A stretch of DNA of 64,000 nt, from positions 496,001 through 560,000 of the forward strand of contig OZ025788.1 of NCBI GenBank assembly GCA_964019425.1. Direction: 5' to 3'. The stretch is from Flectonema sp. DT1601. Taxonomy: Eukaryota. Below the pieces are notes generated by a model. That model saw nothing but the letters and a program-made list of their open reading frames with translations. It made no database searches and was not told the origin of the DNA. The translations under genes were made by a program, and so were the position numbers. Below, in pieces: positions 47,325 through 58,291 of the stretch. Positions within the stretch are counted from its first letter, which is position 1; every line of letters begins with the position of its first letter.

Positions 47325-47749
47325 CCGCAATAATCAGATCACAGATAACCGTTATCCTGACTCTGATCAAGAGTGCGTTTTTTTAAAATTAGTAGTTTGT
47401 TCTGTGTTATAGCATTGGAAGAAAAAAAAAAGAAAAAAAAAAAAAATAGAATTTAGATTTTGACATACCACAATAGATAAAAAAAAAAAAAAAATTAGTT
47501 ATATTTCTCTTTATACTTTCCTCTTAGTACTTCTGCCCCTTTTCGTTTTGTCAAATACTGCATGCCAGTACCTATTCTTAAGTAGTAACAATAAAATAAA
47601 TAATATCTGTCTTTCTAATTATCCTAATTACAATATCCAGCATCTCATACACATAGCTTAATCTCATGATAAGTCAGAGTAGTAGTTTTAATTATTTAAT
47701 TAATTATACCCTAATAACAGTACATTGTTGATGACAACCAACCACCGAT

Positions 47750-50700
47750 ATGCTACCAGACTTGCAGTATGAACGTCAGCATTACGTGAGAGAAGATGGA
47801 CGTACAGCACCAATGGTAAAGTATGGAAGATCAAAGATGAAGATGAAGAGTGACAATAATACTTTTTGGGAAAGTATTCCCAACAGGTATGGCATGTATC
47901 AACTAGGAGATGCTGTTGGTAGTCAAATTACAAGGAGAGCTTCAACGCTCATGAATACCTGGCAAGTTGAAATAAATGACGGAATATGGTATCGATATGG
48001 TAAACAAGCAGAACAAGAGTTAGATAAGACTTGGTGTAAGAATAGAAAACAATGCAGACTTCAAATAGGAAATAAGAATTCAAGACCAACAACAGTTGAT
48101 ATCCACACGATGACCCACACATCACCTTCAGGTACCAGCAGACGTATTAGAAGATCTCCTCAAACAACGTTATCACTAAATTCTTCAAATTTTGATTTTA
48201 GTTTTAACAAATCTTCTCAGCCAGTTGACACCACACTTCTACGAAGATCACCAGACCCCTCAATACTTACATCACACTGTAGAATACCAGATATTAACTC
48301 TGCTCATACACAAACTGCTAAATTACTTACAAACATGGCAGCACGTCTAGAAGGTGATGCTGAAGACTTAACATGTCGAATAACACGAGCTAGAGTCTTA
48401 AATTGGGAACTAACACGAAGCTCTGCATACACTCGAAATCAGGTATCACAATCTGAGAAGAGTGAGAGAAAGAACATTAGTTACGATGAGCGAGAAGATC
48501 GTCACACTATTTATATGAATTTACTTTCTGGTTTAGAAACATTAGATAAAGACGCTAAGAGGGGAACTAGAATAATAAATCGTCGAAACCGACGAGCCTG
48601 TCGCTTAGCTCACAAAAAACAACTTCACTTCTTATTATCAACGCAACACACGGCTGAGAGAAAGGCAGCAGATATGTGGGACATACCTGGACGGTATGCT
48701 GTTTACTTGGATGAGATTCAAAGCCTTGAAGAACTGCTAAGAAGGAATATAATTCTCAGACTAAATTGCAATAAAAAGTTAATTCAATATGCTATAGTAG
48801 AAGGACGTAAAGCCATCATAAGACAGATTGACCAGAGAGCTGAATCCCTTCGTATCCGCGAAGCGGTTTGGCTTGATGCTCAACTTGCAGAACGTCAAGG
48901 AAGAATTGAAGTTTCAGAAAGCGAAATAAATTTTCGCAAAGAATTCATCTCTTTAATGGAATATGAAAACTCTTTAATAGAAAAGTCACATCAAGAACAC
49001 CTTAAGCGTCTCGAAGAACAAAAGAAGAAGGAAGTTGAGATAATGATTCATGCACGCTTTCGTTTCCAACGCGAAGAACACACTAAACGTGTTGAGATTG
49101 AATATCGAGAAATAACAACAAGAAATGAACTCTCAGAACAACTACACCAATCAAACAACGAAGCCATCCAACTTGTGAATATTAGAATGGAAGCAGAACG
49201 GGATGCAATTGCTGCACAATATTTAATAAAATTAGGAGAGTGTGAAGATGATGAAATCACTCAAAGAGATGCTCAACAACTAAAAGAGCGAAAAGAATGG
49301 GGCGACCTGATGAGAAATGCGACATCATCGTGGGAATACGCTCAAAGACCACTACTATTAAATTTAAATGATACAAGTTTCCCTGAATGGATACTTGGCG
49401 ACAGTTTATTAACATCGTTACCTCTATGTCCAAGTGCATCTGTCACTCGTCGTAAACAAACAGAATTAGGAAAGTCACCATTAACATCGGCATTCTTACA
49501 CGTCACACCAATATGTGTTGGAGATGACAGTTCTGTTCATATTAGTGCTGTTGAATCTGACTTTTTTAGATTGCAATCTAATTGTTCATCTCTGCAGATA
49601 GCAGCTGATACTTATTATAAACCCAATAGCAGTCCACCAATTCCGATGGCAGCGAATGGGAATCCGGAGTCTTCAGGAGAGGAATTCAGATTCGAAACAA
49701 ACTCAAGTTCGATAAGAATTGATTTCCTTCGCATATCTGGAGATATTAAAGCTGAAGACATTGAAACAATGATTCGAAGCCTTTCATTCGCTAGTAGTGA
49801 ATCAGCGCAAGGCTGCGATCACATATCTGTTCGAATCTATCTTCAGGTAACTTGCGGAGTAGGAACTGTTTTCGATTTCGATGTCTCAACCAAAGTAATA
49901 CTATCACCTCCATTAATATGTACTCATCCTTCATGTCGTGTTGGTTGTTATTCATTAGAGAAACCTCGTCAACATATGTCTTTATTACCTCTCTTGACAA
50001 TGCCTGGGGTTACCTTACCAGATCCAAAACAACGGAAGTACTCTGGAGGTTACATCTCAGTGAGATATATCGAAGGTGTAATGTCTGAAGATAACTTTTA
50101 TATAGCTGGTGTTAATAAAATGGGTTGTGGTGTTTTTGAAGGTCAAGACTACACTCTTCGAAACGAAACAGACGATGGGATTTGCGGATCACCAAAACCC
50201 AAACGTAAATTTGAGAGACGAAGAACATTGACAGCATCCGTTCAATTATCAAAACTTGATGAGTTGGGATTTAGAATAGGACTTTCTGAATCAGGAGATT
50301 GGAATGAGGGACGTATAAAACGTTTATTGCAGTCAATTACTTATATCAATCACTCTGTGAAGCCACACAGACCAAAGAGAATAGTTGAGATATCTGCATC
50401 AGAATCCCCTCACAGAGATCCTTCCCGACCCCCTTCAACATCAATAATCTCAGTAGAGATTAATATAATGTTTCCAGAGGATCCAACGTTTTGGTTGGTT
50501 GGTAGTTTAGCAGAGTCTGGTAATAGTTGTCCTGTTAAGATATATCGTGGGTCATCAAGAAACTGTCCACCTAGACACTTATCATTTATCACACCTTGTC
50601 CAATTTTATTGTGTCCTGACATACTTATTCAGAACCAAGATTCTCTACAACAATTTCGAGGAGGTCATCTTTCAGTCATTGCATCTCAGAATGGTTGTAT

Positions 50701-53700
50701 TGGTGATGCTATTCTTGTTCAAGAATTACATGAAGTTGGTTTATATATATCAACAGAAGGACGTCGAAAGGTAATTTGGAAAGGAAATGCAGTGGCTTCG
50801 ATAACATCTTTTGAAGGAACACAACTTCAACCTCCTTCTTTCAGAATTGATTTTAATACTGTGGAGCCATTCGCTGAATTGGATTGCGTTCAAATCCTTC
50901 TTCGAAGACTATCATTTATGAACACTACGAAACCACGACTTGGACAAAGAGTATTCTCTCTTGAAGTATCAGTCAGTAATCCTGGATCACTACATGCTGA
51001 GGCATTACGAACAACACTAGGTCTCAGAGTATTACCTCCATGTGCAGAGATAACTACACCATCAGCATTCTATTGTAGTTATATTGAAGGACAAGGATGG
51101 AAGAGATTATCAGCTTTCGAATCATCGACTTCATTCGACAGATGTGACGATGATTTGATAAACCTCTTCGATACTGGATCTATATTATGTGAAGTTATAT
51201 CTATTAGTAGCGAAGATGAATTTAAATTAATTGAACCAACGTCGGAAGATTATTACCTGACGGAAATGACTGATGCTACAACAGGCAAGAACAAGGTGAT
51301 TATAAAACAAAAAGGACCAGTTCTCAATGAAGAACCTTACATCATTGGTGAGTATGATGTAACAGAACCTGGAGATCCGCTACTAATCAAATTCACTCCT
51401 TTTAATGAGATTATTGCTGCCACTTATGAAGATCAAAGTGAAGAGATGACTCTGAGTAAACCCGCAAGAGTTAAAACTAAACTACTAAAGTCAATACTAA
51501 ATAGCATCTGTTATCGAAATGAATCTGACAACCCTTCAGCACTTCAAAAGATTATTAGAATTACGGTCGAGGATTGGCTTGGAGCAAAAAGCCAATGTGT
51601 TATAGACTTAACAATAACACCAGTCAACAACCCGACTGACATCATTCTGGCTCACCCAAAGATATCATTTCGACAGGGCACGACAAGTACTCGTGATGGG
51701 ATACTTTTATTACCAGGCTCTGATTTAGTTGATGTTGACACTGATAAAGTATTCCCTGATGCATTCTTATCTATAGAATTAGTATCTGGTGATACTGGTC
51801 AAGATATACTATTTCTCCCAGAGGTCAATATCGAACCTGATCGAAGTTCTGGAAGCTTTTCGGGATCAGAATCCATAAACAACAATGCTCTTCCATCCAC
51901 ATCAACATTAGATTCTGAATTGATGAGTGAATTTCTCAAAACAGGTCCTGTCGTAGTATGCAACAAAAATCTTTATATCGGCAATGAAATAGTTGGCGTT
52001 GTACAGTATAAAGATAGAGCTGTAGGAAGAGGGCCTACATTACATGTTACATTCACAACGTCTTTTCCGTTGTGTAAATGTGCTGAAGTTTTAAGAAGTA
52101 TTTTTTATAATAATACATCTCATCCGATAAAACCTGGACAGAGAACGTACACTATTAAATTTAATGCTGGTGATGGTGTGAGTGATTCGCGTGCGAGATG
52201 TGAAGTAGAAGTACTTCCACCGATTATTTGGGCTCCGACATTTACAAAGACAGCGCAATACACGGAAGGAGCACCTCCTTGTTGTATTAATCAAAAAGTG
52301 ATATCTGGACTTCCTCTTGGACTTCCTTTGGCAGGAGCATCTATGAGAGCAGATATAACACAAGGATTCGTTGAAAGAGAAGACGTAATCGATTTTAGCA
52401 ATCCACAACTATTTAAAATTGAGAAAGGTACGATCTATGGAACAGCTCTTGGCAGTCGTGGTTCAGTCTTCGGTAAACTCATTACAGAACACGACAATTC
52501 TGGGATTGAGTTACAATTTCCTCCCGATTCTCAAGTGACTGCAAAACATTTAAATGCTCTTTATCGAGCTTTTAAGTATCATAATACAAGTTCAAATCCC
52601 AGTACCGAACTTCGAAAAGTTCAATTCCTGTTGGACATTGAGGGTTTGCAAGCTACTAAAAAACATTCTTTAAAACAAGGAACGTATCCAATTCACGGTT
52701 TTGGAACTGGAATTGTTGAAGTTGGAATTGAAGTTGTTCCTGTTGACGATCAAACAGAAGTAATTCCAAAGAAACTTGCCGTGTGTCATGTCCTTAACCA
52801 AGGTGATACTCTTTTGTTTGAAGACTGTGAAGTCGACGACGCTGACACACCGATATTTTTAGCTCCATATTCGTATGTTGAAGTATTCCTTCGAACTGTT
52901 AACGGAAGTGAGAGAATGACTCTCTCTGAACACAGACTTTCAGTAAACAGAAATTCAGGAATTCACATCTCAGGCAATCAAGTAATTCACGACTCTGTTA
53001 CTATCGGTAAGCTGTCACTGACTCAGGAGTCGAGGGGAATAAAATTTCGAGTTGATCTTCTCGACTGTCCACTAGACGTTCTTCGGAAATTAATCCAAGG
53101 ACTGACATACAAATGTTCAAAGAGTAACGTCACTGCACAAAAACATCTTCGATACAGTGTTACGATTACAGTTCGTGGAGGGAATCGAGTTGCTCCTACT
53201 AAAGTTGTTGTTCATGTTACAGTTATTCAAAAAACTCTTGAAATCGCACCCGGATTCAAGTCATCGGGATCAGAGTACTTACTAGCTTCAGTATATCCAA
53301 ACAAAGCATTTAATATTACCGGAGGTGTTAGTTTTATGTGGTCTGGTAAGACTGCTGGCTTTGAAATCAGATGTCGATTTAACAGCACAGAACGAATCCA
53401 AGGAGAAGGGTATCAACCAAGACTTACTGAATCAACTCTATCCCTAAGAAATAGAAGACATACAACACCTGCGATATCGGCCACAGACCTACTCTCAAAT
53501 GCCAGACGTGGTCTGGAGTACATTATGAGTGATGTTGATATCCCAAAGACGTCTATTGATCATTTATCACTGAGGCTTGCTGCTCCTTTTAAAATTAGAG
53601 AAAACCAACTTTGGTATGGTCGAGAAAAGGTTGCGACTGTTTCTAATTTCAATGACGGTCCTGACAAGTACGGAATAGTCGTGTCTATGGGAAGACATGA

Positions 53701-54025
53701 AAAAACTACTTCACAGGCATTGAATACAATACTTCGTGGTTTTTGGTATGAATGCCACATGAAGACACCTGAAACTCGTAAGGTGGCAATTCAATTTTCA
53801 ATCAGCACAAACGTTGAATCCGAAATCAGTAAATCAAATACTTGCAAGATGAATGACATTATCGTTGTTAAAGTTAGCAAACCACAAGATCTAGACAGCG
53901 ATAATAATATTAACTCTCGTTGTCAACATCCTGTTTTTTTTACTACTGCTCAACCAACAAAGACGACTCCAAATGTTCAACGGCTTACCAAGAGTCTGGG
54001 AAATATAGAACTGAAATTAAAATAG
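47750..54025 (+). CDS. 2091-aa protein: WWE-like domain, coiled coil, about 8 beta-rich repeats resembling bacterial giant-adhesin/calsyntenin-type domains
   Basis: WWE-like TWQVEINDGIWYRY...VDIHTMT...SRRIRR. Repeat signatures LLQSITYINHS, LLRRLSFMNTT, ILNSICYRNESDNPS, VLRSIFYNNTS, LYRAFKYHNTSSNPST, LIQGLTYKCS, YTEGAPP. Confidence 0.75.
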   Translation: MLPDLQYERQHYVREDGRTAPMVKYGRSKMKMKSDNNTFWESIPNRYGMYQLGDAVGSQITRRASTLMNTWQVEINDGIWYRYGKQAEQELDKTWCKNRKQCRLQIGNKNSRPTTVDIHTMTHTSPSGTSRRIRRSPQTTLSLNSSNFDFSFNKSSQPVDTTLLRRSPDPSILTSHCRIPDINSAHTQTAKLLTNMAARLEGDAEDLTCRITRARVLNWELTRSSAYTRNQVSQSEKSERKNISYDEREDRHTIYMNLLSGLETLDKDAKRGTRIINRRNRRACRLAHKKQLHFLLSTQHTAERKAADMWDIPGRYAVYLDEIQSLEELLRRNIILRLNCNKKLIQYAIVEGRKAIIRQIDQRAESLRIREAVWLDAQLAERQGRIEVSESEINFRKEFISLMEYENSLIEKSHQEHLKRLEEQKKKEVEIMIHARFRFQREEHTKRVEIEYREITTRNELSEQLHQSNNEAIQLVNIRMEAERDAIAAQYLIKLGECEDDEITQRDAQQLKERKEWGDLMRNATSSWEYAQRPLLLNLNDTSFPEWILGDSLLTSLPLCPSASVTRRKQTELGKSPLTSAFLHVTPICVGDDSSVHISAVESDFFRLQSNCSSLQIAADTYYKPNSSPPIPMAANGNPESSGEEFRFETNSSSIRIDFLRISGDIKAEDIETMIRSLSFASSESAQGCDHISVRIYLQVTCGVGTVFDFDVSTKVILSPPLICTHPSCRVGCYSLEKPRQHMSLLPLLTMPGVTLPDPKQRKYSGGYISVRYIEGVMSEDNFYIAGVNKMGCGVFEGQDYTLRNETDDGICGSPKPKRKFERRRTLTASVQLSKLDELGFRIGLSESGDWNEGRIKRLLQSITYINHSVKPHRPKRIVEISASESPHRDPSRPPSTSIISVEINIMFPEDPTFWLVGSLAESGNSCPVKIYRGSSRNCPPRHLSFITPCPILLCPDILIQNQDSLQQFRGGHLSVIASQNGCIGDAILVQELHEVGLYISTEGRRKVIWKGNAVASITSFEGTQLQPPSFRIDFNTVEPFAELDCVQILLRRLSFMNTTKPRLGQRVFSLEVSVSNPGSLHAEALRTTLGLRVLPPCAEITTPSAFYCSYIEGQGWKRLSAFESSTSFDRCDDDLINLFDTGSILCEVISISSEDEFKLIEPTSEDYYLTEMTDATTGKNKVIIKQKGPVLNEEPYIIGEYDVTEPGDPLLIKFTPFNEIIAATYEDQSEEMTLSKPARVKTKLLKSILNSICYRNESDNPSALQKIIRITVEDWLGAKSQCVIDLTITPVNNPTDIILAHPKISFRQGTTSTRDGILLLPGSDLVDVDTDKVFPDAFLSIELVSGDTGQDILFLPEVNIEPDRSSGSFSGSESINNNALPSTSTLDSELMSEFLKTGPVVVCNKNLYIGNEIVGVVQYKDRAVGRGPTLHVTFTTSFPLCKCAEVLRSIFYNNTSHPIKPGQRTYTIKFNAGDGVSDSRARCEVEVLPPIIWAPTFTKTAQYTEGAPPCCINQKVISGLPLGLPLAGASMRADITQGFVEREDVIDFSNPQLFKIEKGTIYGTALGSRGSVFGKLITEHDNSGIELQFPPDSQVTAKHLNALYRAFKYHNTSSNPSTELRKVQFLLDIEGLQATKKHSLKQGTYPIHGFGTGIVEVGIEVVPVDDQTEVIPKKLAVCHVLNQGDTLLFEDCEVDDADTPIFLAPYSYVEVFLRTVNGSERMTLSEHRLSVNRNSGIHISGNQVIHDSVTIGKLSLTQESRGIKFRVDLLDCPLDVLRKLIQGLTYKCSKSNVTAQKHLRYSVTITVRGGNRVAPTKVVVHVTVIQKTLEIAPGFKSSGSEYLLASVYPNKAFNITGGVSFMWSGKTAGFEIRCRFNSTERIQGEGYQPRLTESTLSLRNRRHTTPAISATDLLSNARRGLEYIMSDVDIPKTSIDHLSLRLAAPFKIRENQLWYGREKVATVSNFNDGPDKYGIVVSMGRHEKTTSQALNTILRGFWYECHMKTPETRKVAIQFSISTNVESEISKSNTCKMNDIIVVKVSKPQDLDSDNNINSRCQHPVFFTTAQPTKTTPNVQRLTKSLGNIELKLK

Positions 54026-54593
54026 ATAATCGGGTGTCTGTTTGTTGGACGTTATACTACTACACCAAACACTTCCCCTTATTTATTCGAACTCTTTTAT
54101 TTAATCGTACCCATCGTGTAGTTTGGTAATTTCTTAAACTTAACCGCTGAACTACTTTTGCGGTTGTGTCTTGCTTTCCAGTCAGGCAACAAATATTTGT
54201 TTACCGTTTGTTTTTTTTATTTTACTTTTTCACATTTACCCGAACCGTAAAAGGCACTGTCGAAAGCGCAGTTACTTGAACTGTTTTTCCGTTAGAAAGC
54301 TTTTCTGTCTGGAGTTTCTGTTTGTTGTTTTATAATAAATTTATCATCTTCTTACATATACCAGGTTAGGGATGAACGGTGGGATCGCAACCCATTTCGG
54401 GAAGAAAGGTAGTAGAACCTCTAACAGGAACCACCTCTTCGCAAACACCTTCTATATAATAATTAATTGTTGTGTTTTTTTTTTTTTTGTTTGTTTGTTT
54501 GTTTGTTAGGTATAATTATTTTTTCACTCAGTCCGATCAAAAAAAAAAAAAAGAAATATAAAAAAAATCGAATAAAATAAAATCATAATAAAA

Positions 54594-57500
54594 ATGATAC
54601 TAAAACAGAAAGCAGTAGCAAGTGCAACTTTTATAAATGAAGTTCCAATTTGGAGAAGCTCATTATTAATCCCGTTTGTTGTTCTGTACGGTGTGTTGGG
54701 ATACATCTCTTTGTATCCAGAAATGATCTTAGAAAAAATCCCCGACACATATATCGAAGAATTCCACATTAAGAACAGACACATGTCGGGATTAACACTT
54801 CTACTGATACCACTATTTGGATTTATTCAAGTCCTCGTTGGTTTAACCACTCTATGGTCCCCGACCACAAGGGCTTGGGTGTTGTTTGTCTCTTGTAGAG
54901 ATGTCAATGTAGCTAGTCATTTATTTATAAAATCGAAACCAAATAAAGGTCACACTTGTATCGCTCCTATAACATTATCAAAAGAAGGAAAAAAACAAAT
55001 TTCACACGCTAACAGAATCTATACTTGGTGTACGGAACAACAGAGATTCATAAAACCAGAATTACCAACTAAGAATTTTTTTAGTACATATCAAAAACAT
55101 TCTGGTCTAACAAGAAATGAGGCAGCTGATAATTTTTTATTGTTCGGAGAGAATAAGTTTGTTATTCCAATACCGTCTTTTAAGATGATGCTGGTTGAGC
55201 ATGCGACAGCACCGTTTTTTGTTTTTCAAATGTTCTGCGTGCTGTTATGGATGCTTGATGACTACTGGGCAATGTCTCTACTAACAGGTGTAATGTTAGT
55301 TATATTCGAAGGAACAGTTGTGCAACAACGGATAAAAAACCTTTTTCAACTCCGTGAAATGGAAACATCTCCAATTCTCATATCAGTCATGAGACAGGGA
55401 AGCTGGACTGCTATTAACAGTACTCAAGTAGTTCCAGGTGATATCATAATGTTTGGAAGTGGTGGAAAAAAGTTTAACATCCCCTGTGACATTCTCGTCC
55501 TTGAAGGATCGGTTGTTGTTAACGAGTCTCTTCTAACTGGAGAAACAACACCTTTAGTTAAAGAATCAATAACAACACGTCCTGGTAGTGAATCACTTTG
55601 TATTAAAAAGGATCGCACTCACATTCTATTCAGCGGAACAACTGCTTTACAATGCACCCCTGCAACTGACTCAACGAAAGGTGGAAAGGGTCCTGTTGGT
55701 TATGTCTTAAGAACAGGATTTGAAACAACTCAGGGAGCATTAGTTCGTAAAATAGTAAATAATTCTCTTGCGTCAACCACTGCTGGTTCTGGTGAAGCTC
55801 TCGCCTTCATCGCATGCCTACTCATATTTGCTGTTATAAGTTCTGCATACGTCTTATACCATGGTCTTCGTGATCCTCTCCGAAGTAGATACAAACTTTT
55901 GTTGTCTTGTACAATTATTGTTACGTCGGTAGTTCCTCCTGAGTTGCCAATGGAATTAGCTCTTGCGGTGAATATGTCATTTTTGTTATTACAAAGACTC
56001 AGGATATTCTGTACTGAACCATTCAGAATTCCACTAGCTGGAGCACTTGACACTTGTTGCTTTGATAAAACTGGAACTCTAACTGCAGACGTAATGGTTC
56101 TTCAAGGAACTGTAAACCCAGTAACTGAAAGTAGTGAAACTCCTGGTGAAGCAACAGCTTCGCAGAGAATTGTTCTTGGAGGATGTCACAGTCTGTTATA
56201 TTTAAATAATGAAATATGTGGAGACCCAATGGAGAAGGCTGGCTTTCAAGGATCCAACTGGACAATGTCTTCATCAGGTTTGATAGAGAATTCTCGTATG
56301 AAAGGAAAATCACTCACCGTAGTAACACGATTTCCTTTCTCTGCTGTACTTAAGAGAATGTCATGTGTTGTACGATACAATGGAGAAGTCTCTGCTGTTT
56401 TGAAGGGAGCCCCGGAAACATTGAAAAAGTTCTTTTCACTGAGTGAAGCAGATCAACAAAAGTATGACGAAAGTCAACAAACTTTGAGTAAAATGGGATT
56501 CCGTGTCATTGCCCTCGGCATGGCTAGTATGAAATCTCATGTGACTGACGCCTATGCGAAGAGAATGAAAAGAACTGACTTGGAATCAGCTGATTTCGAC
56601 TTTCTGGGATTTGCTGTATTTGCTTGTCCAATCAGAGAAGATGCATACACCACAATAAATACTTTAATTAATGCATCACAGAGAGTTGTTATGATAACAG
56701 GAGACAACACTAATACAGCTGCATATGTAGCTCAAGAGTTAAAGATGATTAGCTCTACGAAGTCTGATCATATTGTTATCGATTCACCAGAAGCAGTTTC
56801 TGCAGTACTCTCGAACAGCAGTAAAGAAACTGATCATCTCATTGTGTCTGGTGATGCTTTTCAAGATGATACTTCTTTTAGTATCTTCTTGAAGAAGTAT
56901 GTAACAAAAGTTGAAGTCTTTGCAAGATGTAATCCTGATCAAAAAGAAGATATTTTAGTAGCACTAAACAAGTCGGGTGCGACAACACTAATGTGCGGAG
57001 ATGGAACAAATGATGTAGGAGCGTTGTCTCAATCACATGTTGGTGTTGGTCTCTTAGCTGGATGTACTTCAGCCAAACCAATTGAGAAAGTCAGTAAGGA
57101 TGCTGATCCACTCTCAATACCAGAACCGTTACCAGAAGACATGGGATTTATTAGTATATTTCAGTGGAAGATGCGTGAGAAGGCCAGAGTACAAAAGTAC
57201 CGCGAAAAAATAAGAACCGAATACAGCCAGGCATACACAAAAGCAATCGCTACTAAGAAACCACCTCCTCCACAACCCTCCCTGGAAGGACTTAGAATTG
57301 ACGGGGGTGTGTATGATGAAGGAGATTATTGTTCAGTAGTTCAACTTGGAGATGCTAGCATGGCAGCACCATTTACTGCTAAGAATAGTAGTACTAAAGC
57401 TTGTTGTCATCTTCTTCGTCTCGGGAGATGTACTTTAGTAACAACTCTTCAAATGTATCGAGTGATGGCATTGAACTGTTTGTCTTCAGCATTCTCGTTA

Positions 57501-58109
57501 TCTGTTCTTACGAATGAAGGAATTAAATGTTCAGATAGTCAGATGACTGTTACTTCAATTGTTGTTACAATCTGTTTCTTATGTATGTCTCGTTCTACAC
57601 CTTCTTCAGAATTATCAAAGAGAGGACCTCACACGAAGGTATTCTGTCCTTATATTATACTCACTATTATTGCTCAATTCTCGATTCACTTATATGCAAT
57701 GCTTGAGTGTCGTAAGTTGGTATTTGGATTTGCCGAAGGAGCCGTAGATGGAGTTCTTCCTGAGAGAGAAAATTTTGATGCAGCTGAATTCAAGCCTTGC
57801 TTAATGAACTCTGTGTTGTTTCTTCTTAGTAACTGGCAGTTGATATTTGTATTCGTTGCTAACTATCAGGGAGCTCCATACATGACTTCTCTTACAGAGA
57901 ATCGACCAATGTTATATTGCCTTATTATTTTATCTCTCTTCGTACTCGAGTGTACTGTTCAAAGTACAGGTATTGCATCCTACTTAGAGTTTGTAGATCT
58001 CTGGCAATACGAAGGGTTAGTTATCACTTTCTTAAACATTCTGATGGTGAATGCTATTGCGGCAGTCAGTGTCGACAGGGTTCTGTCTGCAATCTTTAGA
58101 GCAAAGTAG
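54594..58109 (+). CDS. ATP13A1: P5A-type ATPase (ATP13A1/Spf1-like ER transmembrane helix dislocase)
   Basis: EHATAPFFVFQ, LTGET, PPELPMEL, CCFDKTGTLT, KGAPE, MITGDN, MCGDGTNDVGAL, LGDASMAAPFT, GRCTLVTTLQMY. Confidence 0.93.
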   Translation: MILKQKAVASATFINEVPIWRSSLLIPFVVLYGVLGYISLYPEMILEKIPDTYIEEFHIKNRHMSGLTLLLIPLFGFIQVLVGLTTLWSPTTRAWVLFVSCRDVNVASHLFIKSKPNKGHTCIAPITLSKEGKKQISHANRIYTWCTEQQRFIKPELPTKNFFSTYQKHSGLTRNEAADNFLLFGENKFVIPIPSFKMMLVEHATAPFFVFQMFCVLLWMLDDYWAMSLLTGVMLVIFEGTVVQQRIKNLFQLREMETSPILISVMRQGSWTAINSTQVVPGDIIMFGSGGKKFNIPCDILVLEGSVVVNESLLTGETTPLVKESITTRPGSESLCIKKDRTHILFSGTTALQCTPATDSTKGGKGPVGYVLRTGFETTQGALVRKIVNNSLASTTAGSGEALAFIACLLIFAVISSAYVLYHGLRDPLRSRYKLLLSCTIIVTSVVPPELPMELALAVNMSFLLLQRLRIFCTEPFRIPLAGALDTCCFDKTGTLTADVMVLQGTVNPVTESSETPGEATASQRIVLGGCHSLLYLNNEICGDPMEKAGFQGSNWTMSSSGLIENSRMKGKSLTVVTRFPFSAVLKRMSCVVRYNGEVSAVLKGAPETLKKFFSLSEADQQKYDESQQTLSKMGFRVIALGMASMKSHVTDAYAKRMKRTDLESADFDFLGFAVFACPIREDAYTTINTLINASQRVVMITGDNTNTAAYVAQELKMISSTKSDHIVIDSPEAVSAVLSNSSKETDHLIVSGDAFQDDTSFSIFLKKYVTKVEVFARCNPDQKEDILVALNKSGATTLMCGDGTNDVGALSQSHVGVGLLAGCTSAKPIEKVSKDADPLSIPEPLPEDMGFISIFQWKMREKARVQKYREKIRTEYSQAYTKAIATKKPPPPQPSLEGLRIDGGVYDEGDYCSVVQLGDASMAAPFTAKNSSTKACCHLLRLGRCTLVTTLQMYRVMALNCLSSAFSLSVLTNEGIKCSDSQMTVTSIVVTICFLCMSRSTPSSELSKRGPHTKVFCPYIILTIIAQFSIHLYAMLECRKLVFGFAEGAVDGVLPERENFDAAEFKPCLMNSVLFLLSNWQLIFVFVANYQGAPYMTSLTENRPMLYCLIILSLFVLECTVQSTGIASYLEFVDLWQYEGLVITFLNILMVNAIAAVSVDRVLSAIFRAK

Positions 58110-58291
58110 TACTAATTCCATCCGAGAAAAAAAAAAAAAAGAAGAAAAAAAAAGAACACTAAAAGAAAACATCAGTAAGATATTTCTGCTTAAAGTGTTT
58201 TTATTATTGAAAAGAAGCTAAGCTAGTAATACTTTAATAATAATAATTATAATTAAACAAAATCATAACTAGTTAAGAGACACACAGAAGT

